Below, piece after piece: positions 9,345 to 18,568 of a DNA stretch of 48,623 nucleotides (position 1 is its first letter; each line of letters begins with the position of its first letter). The notes beneath the pieces are model-generated. The model saw nothing but the letters and a program-made list of their open reading frames with translations. It was not told the origin of the DNA and ran no database searches. A program made the translations under genes and the position numbers. The DNA is from a virus (lineage: Duplodnaviria > Caudoviricetes), in the IMG/VR virus record IMGVR_UViG_3300034171_000074, positions 1 through 48,623 of that record; one strand, given 5' to 3'.

Positions 9345-12300
9345 TGAAAATGAAAGGCGACATTGTTGCAGTTTTAAGAAATATTGAAACTGGAGAAATA
9401 ACAAAAACTGTTGAGTCTGAAAATCATATTCAAGATGAATTTTTAAGGTATCTTGTAGAAAATAACAGTCAAAACGATTTTTATGATGAGATTTTTATCA
9501 GTCCTGTAAATATAGGTCGTCAAACTACTGGCTGGACAGATAGAAAAATAACTCAAGCAAGGTCTGGAGTAGGTATAGTAGGAGTTCCAGCAGTAGAAAA
9601 TACTGTAGATATTATTCCTAATGTTAATCTAAGACAGATAGCAAAAAGATTTGTTCCACCATCAGTAGATACAGAAATAAACACAATAGGTGTTTGTTTA
9701 AACACAAACTATGGTGAAGCAAACTCTCCTTGTGCAGTTGTATGGTTAAGTGAAACTCTTATACAAACTCCGTTAGAAACTTTGGACGTATACTACAGGC
9801 TGCAAGCCGTTAAATCCCCAAAATTGCCAAGAGGTTCAAAAGGAATTTTAGACGTTTCTTTTAGTCCTCATGAAGAAAGGTGTATAGCCAATAGCTTAAT
9901 AGATTTTTATGAAGCTACTAATATATATTGGCATTACCCAGTTAGTAACAGGGCATACCCAACACGTTCTGCGTTTAGTAAACTAAATTTTAGAGAGTTT
10001 GATACATACCAAGCCTCTAGTATGTATTGTGATGAGACTAATGCTAACAGCTATGGATCATGGAGCAGTACGTACTACAAAAGTTGGTATGGACTTACTC
10101 TTGTACCTGCAGAAAACGTAGGCTATGTTATTACTTGGATGGCTCCCCACTATTACAATTTTCTTAATCAAAGAATAAAAAGTTTAGACGGGTCTCCAGT
10201 ACAAGGAATTTTTGGTCACAGAAGTACTTCTACTGGACCTTTCTACAGTCCTACAGATAGTCAGCTTGGTCTTGGATCTATAAACGTAAACGGTGATAAC
10301 TGGACTGATCCTGATGTACCGGAATTTTATCAAATAGATATTGTTACTTCTGGTGTAATAGGAGTAAGCGAATACAAATTTGTTCAGCAAAAAACATTAG
10401 GATTTAGTGGAAATAGTTTTGGGTGGGTAGGAGAAACACTTCCTTTTACCTCTCAGCTTAATTCTCACATAACAGACGGCTTTCCTATATGCAGAGATGA
10501 CTATTCAATTCCAGGACCATACTCATATCAGTTTCTTGGTGCGGGAGATAATTACGATTCTTCTGCTATGAGCGTAGCTTTCGAGTATGAACCTGGCACA
10601 ACAAAAGTCATGTTTGTATGGGTAGACTCTTTTTGCATAACTGAAATTTTGACAGGTGAAACTCAAGCATTCGACAACACCAAAGTTTATGATGGAAAAG
10701 TAATTCCTACTTTCTTGCCTACTGATATTAGGCAAAGGTGTGTTACTTCTGGCAAAGAAATCTATATTGCTTGTGGTAACACAGGTCTTTATAAGTTTAA
10801 CGCTGCCTTAGATACTCTTACGGTAATCGATTCTAATGTCTCTTCACTGGTTGGAACCACCGGCTGTTATGGAGTATGTGAAGGCAATGCAGGAAGAATT
10901 TGGGCATTCTTCGGACATACTACAACACCTGATATTTACTATTCAGATGATGATGGATTGACTTGGGTAGGTGCAGGTTTTAATGACGTTACTCTAACAA
11001 CTACTCCTGAATTGGTAGTAGGTCTGCAGGCAGATAAAAACGCAGCAGGAGGCCAGCTGGCTGTTATTCACTACAATGAAATTTGGAATGGTACAGACCA
11101 AGACGTTCTTCATACTTGGTGGAACCAGGCTACTGCTACCGCTACGCCTGTAGGCAGTGTACTGAGAAGAAAAGACGTATCTCAAATGCAGAATTGCCAC
11201 TGGGGGTACTACTTAACTGACCACAACTACTATTTTGCAGATGCTTTAGTTTGCTCACCTAACCAAAGTCAGTGGAATTGCATAAGTGCAGGAGATCTTG
11301 ACGGAAGGCCTGTTAACTACCCATTTGAAGGAGTGGGTTTTAGCAACGTTTCTGGTTCAGCCCAAAATAAATGTTTACATACTAATTATGTAATAGATAA
11401 AGATGGAGATGACGCAATATTTTATGTTGCTAATTCAGACCAAAATGGTGGAGATCCTTCAGGATCAGGTCTTATTTCTTGTTCTATCCTAGTAAAAGCA
11501 GATCATTCAGCGGTAGAAACATGCCCTATGCCTAGTGGTCTTGGTGATGGTGAGCTGTATTTAAGAGATGGTCTATGTCTTTACAGATCGTATAATACTG
11601 ATACTTGGGCATCCAATACGGATATTGTTAGAGGTATTAACCTTAACCATTGGAATATGATTTCAGTGGCTCCCAGAAGAATACAAGAAAGAGACTATTC
11701 TCTATATCCTGGAATTTGTCACTTAACACTTCCTGAATATGGTTGGGATGGCATTCAGTGGGTTAAAGGACACCATGGAGCTAAACCTACTCATGCTGGT
11801 TTAGAAGAAATAATTGAAGGGATTACAGTAAGCTTTGATGACAAAGCTGGAGTATCACCTTTGCTCGACAGCGATCACTACACATTTACTATGGTAGATG
11901 GCGTATTTCTGGACGGCTCAACATCGTTTAATGCGGAATGGACTAGATACATAAAAGAAGTAGAGGTTGTTACGGATATTGAATCAGCAACTCTCCCAGC
12001 AGATCTTAAAGTATCTAATGCCTTTACAACTTTTATCCCGCAAGATGATGCAGATTTTGTTGATAAATCAAACATGAATACTGACGCTCTTGCAGGAAAG
12101 GTACTTGGAACAGGTAATGGTTTAACTGGTAACTACACCGGTCGTATAAGGTCTGCTGCTCCTGTACTCAGTGGAAGTGCAGTTTCCTTTCTTCCTAATA
12201 ACACAATTTTTGGAGATTACAGTAATGTTCAGGGAGCTTTTCAGTTTACTATTTATAGCGACGGTAGATACCCTCAACAGTCATACATAGGGTTAAGTGA

Positions 12301-12934
12301 CAGTAGTGTTTTAGGAACATTGCTGGACCCTGCAACAATACAGTATGCTTTTTTTACTGACAGCGAAGCTGTTGGCAGCCCTGGCGATTATCGTATGAGA
12401 GTAGCTGTTATCGAGTCTGGAATAGAAAGGGCGTTTGTTGAAGATATTCCTTACGACAACACAAATAACAGCGTATTTAGGATAATTTTGCTTAACAGCG
12501 GAATAATGGTTTATCAGTATTCTACTACTGAATCTCCTGGTTGGGTTACCTTGTATGAGTCTCCAGCAATAGGAACTGTTCCCCTGGTAGATTACTATTT
12601 TGATATGGCGTGTGTTCCAAGAAGTAATTACGGTCTTGAACTTGTGCAGTATTATTCTTTGGATGAAACCAACCCAGACTATTACACCTATATTGGTAAT
12701 GGGGTAGATACAGGAGTATTTGATCCTCTTTACCGAATAACTGATCCTGACCCGACTAAGGTTTTTATAGACGGAGTAGAAGCGGTTAACATAGGAACTA
12801 ATGATACCGATACTGCTTTACAGGCTGGTAACTACGCTTTGTTTAATACGGGTGGAGTTATAAGGTATAGTTCTGCAGATATTGGAAAAACAGTTTCCGT
12901 AGAGGCCTACGTTGTTAAAGATGAATTTTTATGA
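9344..12934 (+). CDS. Large virion appendage/receptor-binding protein with beta-propeller region
   Basis: 1196 aa; Asp-box YYSDDDGLTW and propeller-like blades (IYIACGNTGLYKF, GNAGRIWA); aromatic- and Gly-rich. Confidence 0.6.
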   Translation: MKMKGDIVAVLRNIETGEITKTVESENHIQDEFLRYLVENNSQNDFYDEIFISPVNIGRQTTGWTDRKITQARSGVGIVGVPAVENTVDIIPNVNLRQIAKRFVPPSVDTEINTIGVCLNTNYGEANSPCAVVWLSETLIQTPLETLDVYYRLQAVKSPKLPRGSKGILDVSFSPHEERCIANSLIDFYEATNIYWHYPVSNRAYPTRSAFSKLNFREFDTYQASSMYCDETNANSYGSWSSTYYKSWYGLTLVPAENVGYVITWMAPHYYNFLNQRIKSLDGSPVQGIFGHRSTSTGPFYSPTDSQLGLGSINVNGDNWTDPDVPEFYQIDIVTSGVIGVSEYKFVQQKTLGFSGNSFGWVGETLPFTSQLNSHITDGFPICRDDYSIPGPYSYQFLGAGDNYDSSAMSVAFEYEPGTTKVMFVWVDSFCITEILTGETQAFDNTKVYDGKVIPTFLPTDIRQRCVTSGKEIYIACGNTGLYKFNAALDTLTVIDSNVSSLVGTTGCYGVCEGNAGRIWAFFGHTTTPDIYYSDDDGLTWVGAGFNDVTLTTTPELVVGLQADKNAAGGQLAVIHYNEIWNGTDQDVLHTWWNQATATATPVGSVLRRKDVSQMQNCHWGYYLTDHNYYFADALVCSPNQSQWNCISAGDLDGRPVNYPFEGVGFSNVSGSAQNKCLHTNYVIDKDGDDAIFYVANSDQNGGDPSGSGLISCSILVKADHSAVETCPMPSGLGDGELYLRDGLCLYRSYNTDTWASNTDIVRGINLNHWNMISVAPRRIQERDYSLYPGICHLTLPEYGWDGIQWVKGHHGAKPTHAGLEEIIEGITVSFDDKAGVSPLLDSDHYTFTMVDGVFLDGSTSFNAEWTRYIKEVEVVTDIESATLPADLKVSNAFTTFIPQDDADFVDKSNMNTDALAGKVLGTGNGLTGNYTGRIRSAAPVLSGSAVSFLPNNTIFGDYSNVQGAFQFTIYSDGRYPQQSYIGLSDSSVLGTLLDPATIQYAFFTDSEAVGSPGDYRMRVAVIESGIERAFVEDIPYDNTNNSVFRIILLNSGIMVYQYSTTESPGWVTLYESPAIGTVPLVDYYFDMACVPRSNYGLELVQYYSLDETNPDYYTYIGNGVDTGVFDPLYRITDPDPTKVFIDGVEAVNIGTNDTDTALQAGNYALFNTGGVIRYSSADIGKTVSVEAYVVKDEFL

Positions 12935-12965
12935 AATTTGACGTAGCTACAATGGTAAAATTATA

Positions 12966-13307
12966 ATGTTTGTAATCAACACTGAAATAGAAGTTAACTG
13001 GATACTGCCAGCAACGGTATCCGGTTACCAAAATACAGATTTTGACGTATCCATCAAAAGACCTGATGGCTCGTCTACGTACCTTGACGGTATTTTGGAG
13101 CCTGGTGGTGCAGTAAAGACGGCAGACTTTATAGCTCCTACAGATATCACGACAGGAGCTGCAACGTACCGTCTAAACCCGGATATGGTAGGAGTTTGGG
13201 TTGTTGTACTGACAATGGGAAATAAAGAGTACAACAATATTTTCTATGAGTATTTCCTTAGAGTTAGCGAACCTGACACTCACATATACCAACAAGTGAC
13301 GGTGTAA
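12966..13307 (+). CDS. Small Ig-like virion protein, paralogue of the 7640..8335 N-domain
   Basis: Shared pattern W.I/L.ATVS..D.D..I..P.GS..Y..D...PT..T.G...Y...P...G.W with ORF 7640. Confidence 0.6.
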   Translation: MFVINTEIEVNWILPATVSGYQNTDFDVSIKRPDGSSTYLDGILEPGGAVKTADFIAPTDITTGAATYRLNPDMVGVWVVVLTMGNKEYNNIFYEYFLRVSEPDTHIYQQVTV

Positions 13308-13311
13308 GAAA

Positions 13312-14244
13312 ATGGCAGATATAGAACTAACCAACCTTACAGACAGCACTAACGCTGATAATGGTACAGGTGTATTTGACAAGCTTATACAGTCAATTGA
13401 ACAGCATATTGAGTCTCAGTACAAAGCAGGACGTATAACAGGCAATGATTACTGGAGTGTTTATCTGGGGTCAATGCAGTCTGCTTTGTCAGAATCTGTA
13501 AAATTTCTTCTGAGTGAGCAACAGTCTGCAAAACAGGCCGAACTCATTAGTGAGCAGATACTGAGCGAGCAAAAGAAAAATGAGGCTGGCGGTCTCATTG
13601 ATCTTGAAAAGAAAAAGAATCAGGAACAGATTGATCTGATTATTGCTCAAACAGCTGCCCAGTACGAAAGTATTGATGCTTCGCGTAAAGACACAAACAG
13701 AAAAAATCTGCTGAACAGTAAGCAGGTTATAAAAATTGGTAAAGAAAGCGAATTGCTGACTACTCAAAATTCAGAGCTTCTTTTGAATGGCGTAGTAGAA
13801 CGGGCATTGAAAGCAGCACAAGAAGTAGCTACTGCCAGTAATGCAATTGACAACACGAACAAAACAAACGCCGATGTAGCCTTTGTAAACGCTAAAGAAT
13901 CGGATCAGATTTACGTAACAGCCAATATAAGACCTCTTGAAACTTCCAAACTGGAAGAAGAAATTGATCTTTTGCAGTCAAGGGATCTTGAGCAGCTTGC
14001 TGCTACAGTTCGTATGGATCTGGAATCGGCCAAGAAAGTTTTGTTGATCGAAGCTCAGACACTTGGATTCAAAGTAAACGGCAAGCAGAATTTGCTCAAG
14101 CAGATGTTTGAAGGTTTCGCTATCGAAACTACGACTAACGGTGCAGTCACAGCTCCAGCACCTAGTCTGAATAGCAGTGTTTCCTTGGAAATGGTAGCTA
14201 ACTCAATTTTTGATGACTTGGCACCATCGGCAGGAACTATATGA
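13312..14244 (+). CDS. N4 gp54-like structural protein
   Basis: N-terminal GTGVFDKLIQSIEQHIESQYKAGRITGNDY motif typical of the N4 gp54 family; coiled-coil body. Confidence 0.75.
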   Translation: MADIELTNLTDSTNADNGTGVFDKLIQSIEQHIESQYKAGRITGNDYWSVYLGSMQSALSESVKFLLSEQQSAKQAELISEQILSEQKKNEAGGLIDLEKKKNQEQIDLIIAQTAAQYESIDASRKDTNRKNLLNSKQVIKIGKESELLTTQNSELLLNGVVERALKAAQEVATASNAIDNTNKTNADVAFVNAKESDQIYVTANIRPLETSKLEEEIDLLQSRDLEQLAATVRMDLESAKKVLLIEAQTLGFKVNGKQNLLKQMFEGFAIETTTNGAVTAPAPSLNSSVSLEMVANSIFDDLAPSAGTI

Positions 14245-14507
14245 AGACAAAAAAAGAAGTTCTCGACTTAATTAACGAAGCAATCGAGGAAGAAAAAGGC
14301 CGTTCAGTTGGAATCGACGACATGTTTATGGATTCTGAACTGGACAGTCTGGGGGTTGTGTTAACGTTAGTAGCGTTAGAAGAAGAATTTGGTGACATGG
14401 AAGGATTTACTGAAGGTGAAGAACTACACGGAATAGAAGAACTTACTGTCAGGGACCTGGTGAAACAATGCATATTAGCGATTTCAAGTACTTCAAAGGA
14501 ACCGTAA
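14241..14507 (+). CDS. Acyl carrier protein
   Basis: 88 aa, acidic; ELDSLG phosphopantetheine motif (Ser36), LEEEFG helix II end and TVRDLV final helix; ATGA overlap with the gp54-like stop. Confidence 0.9.
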   Translation: MKTKKEVLDLINEAIEEEKGRSVGIDDMFMDSELDSLGVVLTLVALEEEFGDMEGFTEGEELHGIEELTVRDLVKQCILAISSTSKEP

Positions 14508-15298
14508 AAGAAAACGGCTACGTAGCAATACCAGACCTGAAAAGGGACCGGCCCAGTGTCGGTCAGTTTATTAAGATGGCTGATTTAGACATCGTTTTAA
14601 CCAGACCTACAGCCTTCTTGTACGTTGATGGCTTCCTGGTGTCTCAGTCAGACAACGGTATGCGAGAGCCTGTAAAAGTAAGCAAGGCTGCCATACTGAA
14701 AAGCGGTACCAGTTACATTGCCCATGAGTGGGTTCACACCTTCAAGAACAAAGAACACCTCAAGCACGTTAATATGATAACGAGTACCTGCGCTGCTGGA
14801 GTACAAGCAATCTGGGAGGCTAGAGCACTGCTTGAAAGCGGTATGGTAGAAGAGGTGATAGTGATAGGTGCTGAAAGAACTACTGACGCTACTCTTGCCT
14901 TGTTCAGTGAGCTTAGAATACCAATCACCTGCGGAGATGGGTTTGCTTACATTCGGCTTTGTAAAGGCTATGGTATCCATAACCCCGTTTGGAAGTACAC
15001 ATACCAACAAAACCCTTTCCATTTCCCGAAGGAAGTCTTGGACACCTTAATACCTGAGTACCCAGTAGATTACGTAAAACTGCACGGTACCGGCACACCG
15101 TCCAACACAGAGGGCGAATCAGGTCTGGCTGCCATAGCTACACCTATAACCTATAAGCAGGACATAGGACACACCCAGGGCGTTAGCGCACTCCTGGAAA
15201 CGTGTATGGTTTTAGACGATCCTGAAATTGTAGGAAAAATACTTGTTACGGCAAATGGTCTTGGAGGATTTTACGGTTCTTTCTTGGTGGTGAAATAA
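14468..15298 (+). CDS. Minimal beta-ketoacyl-ACP synthase (FabB/FabF-like condensing enzyme)
   Basis: TSTCAAG (Cys108), LHGTGTPSN (His206), YKQDIGHT (Lys, His235) and ANGLGG C-terminal motif; only 276 aa. Confidence 0.88.
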   Translation: MHISDFKYFKGTVKENGYVAIPDLKRDRPSVGQFIKMADLDIVLTRPTAFLYVDGFLVSQSDNGMREPVKVSKAAILKSGTSYIAHEWVHTFKNKEHLKHVNMITSTCAAGVQAIWEARALLESGMVEEVIVIGAERTTDATLALFSELRIPITCGDGFAYIRLCKGYGIHNPVWKYTYQQNPFHFPKEVLDTLIPEYPVDYVKLHGTGTPSNTEGESGLAAIATPITYKQDIGHTQGVSALLETCMVLDDPEIVGKILVTANGLGGFYGSFLVVK

Positions 15299-15786
15299 TG
15301 TTTACCACACCGGCAATAATGGGACCTGACGTAGAATTTAGAAATTGCGTTGAAGGTGACGTAGCAAGGCATTTTCAAAAAATAAAAGAGTACATTGAAC
15401 CAGAGTTTCAAGATGACCATATTAGTAAAATGAAAGATTGTGTAGAGGATGGAACAGCGTTTGTCACCAAAGGTGATGAGTGTTTTATGTACTACAAAAA
15501 AACCAAAGAAGCTTTTGCAGATGCTGTTTCAATCTACGGTAAAAACTATCCGTTGATGATGATGGCAATGATTGCTGGAATACCAAAACATGTTCCAGAG
15601 GATAAGAAAGACACAATTTTTTTGTACCTTACTCTGCACATAGGCAAGGATATAAAAGAGTACAAAGGAATGCTTTCAAAGACAGCAATATACCGTCACA
15701 GGACTAATGGTGACAGACTACTTATACGTACTGACGATCTCATAAGAAAATTTGAAAAGCTAAGGCTTAGGAGATTGGAAAAGTGA
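15298..15786 (+). CDS. Hypothetical protein, possibly GNAT-fold acyltransferase
   Basis: 162 aa; EFRNCVEGD resembles the GNAT beta1 'IRxAxxxD'; secondary-structure order is compatible with GNAT; coupled on both sides (TAATG, GTGA). The functional call is inference. Confidence 0.45.
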   Translation: MFTTPAIMGPDVEFRNCVEGDVARHFQKIKEYIEPEFQDDHISKMKDCVEDGTAFVTKGDECFMYYKKTKEAFADAVSIYGKNYPLMMMAMIAGIPKHVPEDKKDTIFLYLTLHIGKDIKEYKGMLSKTAIYRHRTNGDRLLIRTDDLIRKFEKLRLRRLEK

Positions 15787-18554
15787 GCGCAGTAATTGAC
15801 GCTATAGAAAGTGTACTAGGAGCAATCGGTGACGCAATTGAGTCTTTCGTGTCTTTTGTCTGGAACGAAATTGTACTTAGAGAATTGGGAGATGTTCTTG
15901 GGCTTTTTGGTATTGAGGATGAGACTGTAGTTACTGTATCAAAAATATCTACAAAAATGTTTGACGAAAATACTGAAGACGTAGTAAAAGCTGCAAAAAC
16001 AAGAGCAGTAATGCGGTGGCTTAAAAGTGATATTTCTTTCTGGAAGTTCGTGTATTTTGAAATGAATTTAACCAGAGGAAAGATAAATGGGTATTACAAT
16101 TTCGCAGATAAAGGTAGATACATACACGGTTTGCCTAGTATGTCTGTGCAGGGTGAAAATAAAGATGAAAGTGCTATTAAAGATGCAATAGACGTTGTTT
16201 ACTCTACCAATTCTGTACTTACATACAGTTCTAACAGCTACCCAACTTCTGAAGAACACTTCAAATTCCAGCTTCAAGGCGGTACCACAAACTATAAGCC
16301 AGGTCTTAATCAGCTGACTTACGATAATGAGTGGGGAAAAACATTTAGCAACTGGGCTTGGGGCAGTGTTACGTACCTGAGTGGATCTAATAACTATGAA
16401 ATATTAATAACCAGGGTAGCTGAAAGAGCTTCGTTTTGGATAGAAGGACCATCCGAAGTAACAGAAAGCAGTACTGTTAATCTAATTGTAAGATCTAACA
16501 GACCAGTTCCTGTAGGGGAAAGTGTAACAGTAAATTTCACCTATTCTGGAACAGTAGATTCAAGCCAGTACACAGCACCGGCATCGGCTGTAATGGCTGG
16601 TGGTTCAAGCTCTGTATCAATAGCAGTATCAATAACAGAAGACGCAATAAGCGAGTCTTTGGGTAATATAGTAACAACCGTAGATTCGATAACAAATACG
16701 AACGGAGCTTTTGAAGATTTAGTAATCACATTAGACTCAGTAGATACTTCTGTTTACGATAACGATTCTTTGGTTTTGACTCTGGATTCTATCTACGTAA
16801 ATGAGTCAGATACTACGGTGACGGTACCAATAAAGCTGACCCAGGATGTTTCCGGAGGGTTTACAGTAGATTATACACTGCCTGAAGGAACAGCAATTGC
16901 AGGTGTTGACTACGACGGTACTGGAGGTACGTTAACTTTTGCAGGAACTGCAGGAGAAGTTCAAAACATAGTCGTACCAATGACAGCCGATGTATCAACA
17001 GGATCGAGAGAAGACTTCACAGTTGCTTTGCAAAACTGCTCAGATGTCAGCGTAGATACTTCAAGAGTGGCAACTGTAACTATTATAGATTCTGACCCTG
17101 GTGGACCAGCTCCTGATACATCAGTTTATGTAGCAACATTTATAGAGCCACAGTTTGTGGACGAAAGAGCAATGGTGTGTAAATACTACACCAGTGGTCA
17201 AAGTTCTACCGATTGGTACTACTGGATCTACTATTACAGCTCAAACCTGTATCCAGACATTGATCCTTTAAATACTGTTATTAGTGAACTTGAAATGCTC
17301 CCTGTTGGCATTATAAGAAAAGACAAAGTAAACGTAGATTTTGACAAAGATGGAGAAGAATATAAGACAACAAAAAACCTTTTGAGATTGGTAGATCTAA
17401 ACGTAGACGATCTTATAGCGGGTGTAGAAGCTAACCCAGATAAAGATACGGTAGATGACGCTTACGTAAATTTTGCAGTTAGCCCAAGTGATACAGGGCC
17501 AGAAGTTGCAAAACTTCTTTATCTAACGTTTTATGAAATTATAGAAGTTAGAGGTATTACCTCTAATTCTGGAAAGTACACTTCTGCCTTCAGTGAGCAA
17601 GATGTTAACAACGGAAATGTTTGGACAAATCACAGTTACGTTAAAGACATATCTGGGTCTATTGGCACCGTAGGTATTCATACACACGAAATTGCGTGGA
17701 CAAGTTACGAAAACAAGCTAACTTTAAGATTTCAAAAAACGGCTATCAGCTACGATGAAATCGTAATAGAAAACATGAACAGCATGTCGAGTATAAAGTA
17801 CGACGGTTACCATAAAGCAGCGTTTAACACACTTAAAGACAGTTCATTCACAATTCCACTGTCCTGGTACGTTTATGATCAGTTAACTAATGAAGAACTG
17901 ATGAAGGTTTACCAGAAAATATTTCGTGTTGATTTTTATTCGATCGAAGTAACTCACTTAGCTTGGTACGAAACTGCGGCATTTTTCAGCTTTATAAAAT
18001 TTGCTTTGATAATAGTGTCTATTGTACTTACCGCTATTACGTTCGGAGCAGCAAGTGGTTTTTACGCAGGTGTTTGGGCAGTAATTCAGCAGGTTGTTAT
18101 AAGTTATGTTGTAATGGAAATTGTAGTAGAGATTGCAGCGGCTACCGGAAGTGCTGCTTTAGCAGCTGCTATAGGACTTATAGCTGCATTTATAATGAGA
18201 GACTTTTCAGGTCTTGAGCAAGTTGGGTTCTTTACCGCTGAGGGTGTGACATCGGCTATAACTGCATACTCAGCTGGATTGGGCACAGTGTACAAAGTAG
18301 AACTTGAAGAGATGACGGCAGAAACCGAAAAACTTATGGAGGAAATGAAGGAAAAAGAAGATTACTATGAGAATAATTCCCCAGCAAGCAATTCTATATT
18401 AGACGCATCTTTTTACGCATCATTAAGTTCTACAGAAACCATGCTGTATCAATCCAGAGACGCACAGTACGACTATAACGCTCAATTGACAGGTGCTTAT
18501 GATAGACTTGTTAAAAATTACCACAGTGCACTTTTAGACTTGGGCATACATTAA
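15783..18554 (+). CDS. N4 gp53-like tail/ejection-associated protein with two Calx-beta domains and C-terminal hydrophobic helices
   Basis: 923 aa; motifs YIHGLP, WYYWIY...YP, NPDKDTVDDAYVNF, AWYETAAF followed by TM-like segments; syntenic with N4 gp53. Confidence 0.7.
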   Translation: MSAVIDAIESVLGAIGDAIESFVSFVWNEIVLRELGDVLGLFGIEDETVVTVSKISTKMFDENTEDVVKAAKTRAVMRWLKSDISFWKFVYFEMNLTRGKINGYYNFADKGRYIHGLPSMSVQGENKDESAIKDAIDVVYSTNSVLTYSSNSYPTSEEHFKFQLQGGTTNYKPGLNQLTYDNEWGKTFSNWAWGSVTYLSGSNNYEILITRVAERASFWIEGPSEVTESSTVNLIVRSNRPVPVGESVTVNFTYSGTVDSSQYTAPASAVMAGGSSSVSIAVSITEDAISESLGNIVTTVDSITNTNGAFEDLVITLDSVDTSVYDNDSLVLTLDSIYVNESDTTVTVPIKLTQDVSGGFTVDYTLPEGTAIAGVDYDGTGGTLTFAGTAGEVQNIVVPMTADVSTGSREDFTVALQNCSDVSVDTSRVATVTIIDSDPGGPAPDTSVYVATFIEPQFVDERAMVCKYYTSGQSSTDWYYWIYYYSSNLYPDIDPLNTVISELEMLPVGIIRKDKVNVDFDKDGEEYKTTKNLLRLVDLNVDDLIAGVEANPDKDTVDDAYVNFAVSPSDTGPEVAKLLYLTFYEIIEVRGITSNSGKYTSAFSEQDVNNGNVWTNHSYVKDISGSIGTVGIHTHEIAWTSYENKLTLRFQKTAISYDEIVIENMNSMSSIKYDGYHKAAFNTLKDSSFTIPLSWYVYDQLTNEELMKVYQKIFRVDFYSIEVTHLAWYETAAFFSFIKFALIIVSIVLTAITFGAASGFYAGVWAVIQQVVISYVVMEIVVEIAAATGSAALAAAIGLIAAFIMRDFSGLEQVGFFTAEGVTSAITAYSAGLGTVYKVELEEMTAETEKLMEEMKEKEDYYENNSPASNSILDASFYASLSSTETMLYQSRDAQYDYNAQLTGAYDRLVKNYHSALLDLGIH

Positions 18555-18568
18555 AAAGGTATATTAAA

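Noticed and set aside
12938-12967. TTGACG-N18-TATAAT sigma70 promoter
   Set aside because: The -10 box overlaps the ATG at 12966, so it cannot serve that gene; an extended -10 (TGGTAAAAT) leaderless start is possible but unsupported.
14417-14507. -1 frameshift producing an ACP-KS fusion
   Set aside because: No X-XXY-YYZ heptamer in the shared open region, and the KS has its own ATG with a GGTG SD.
14241-15298. Host fatty-acid operon contamination or misassembly
   Set aside because: The genes overlap phage structural genes on both sides and the KS is much shorter than cellular FabB/FabF; read-level confirmation is still advisable.
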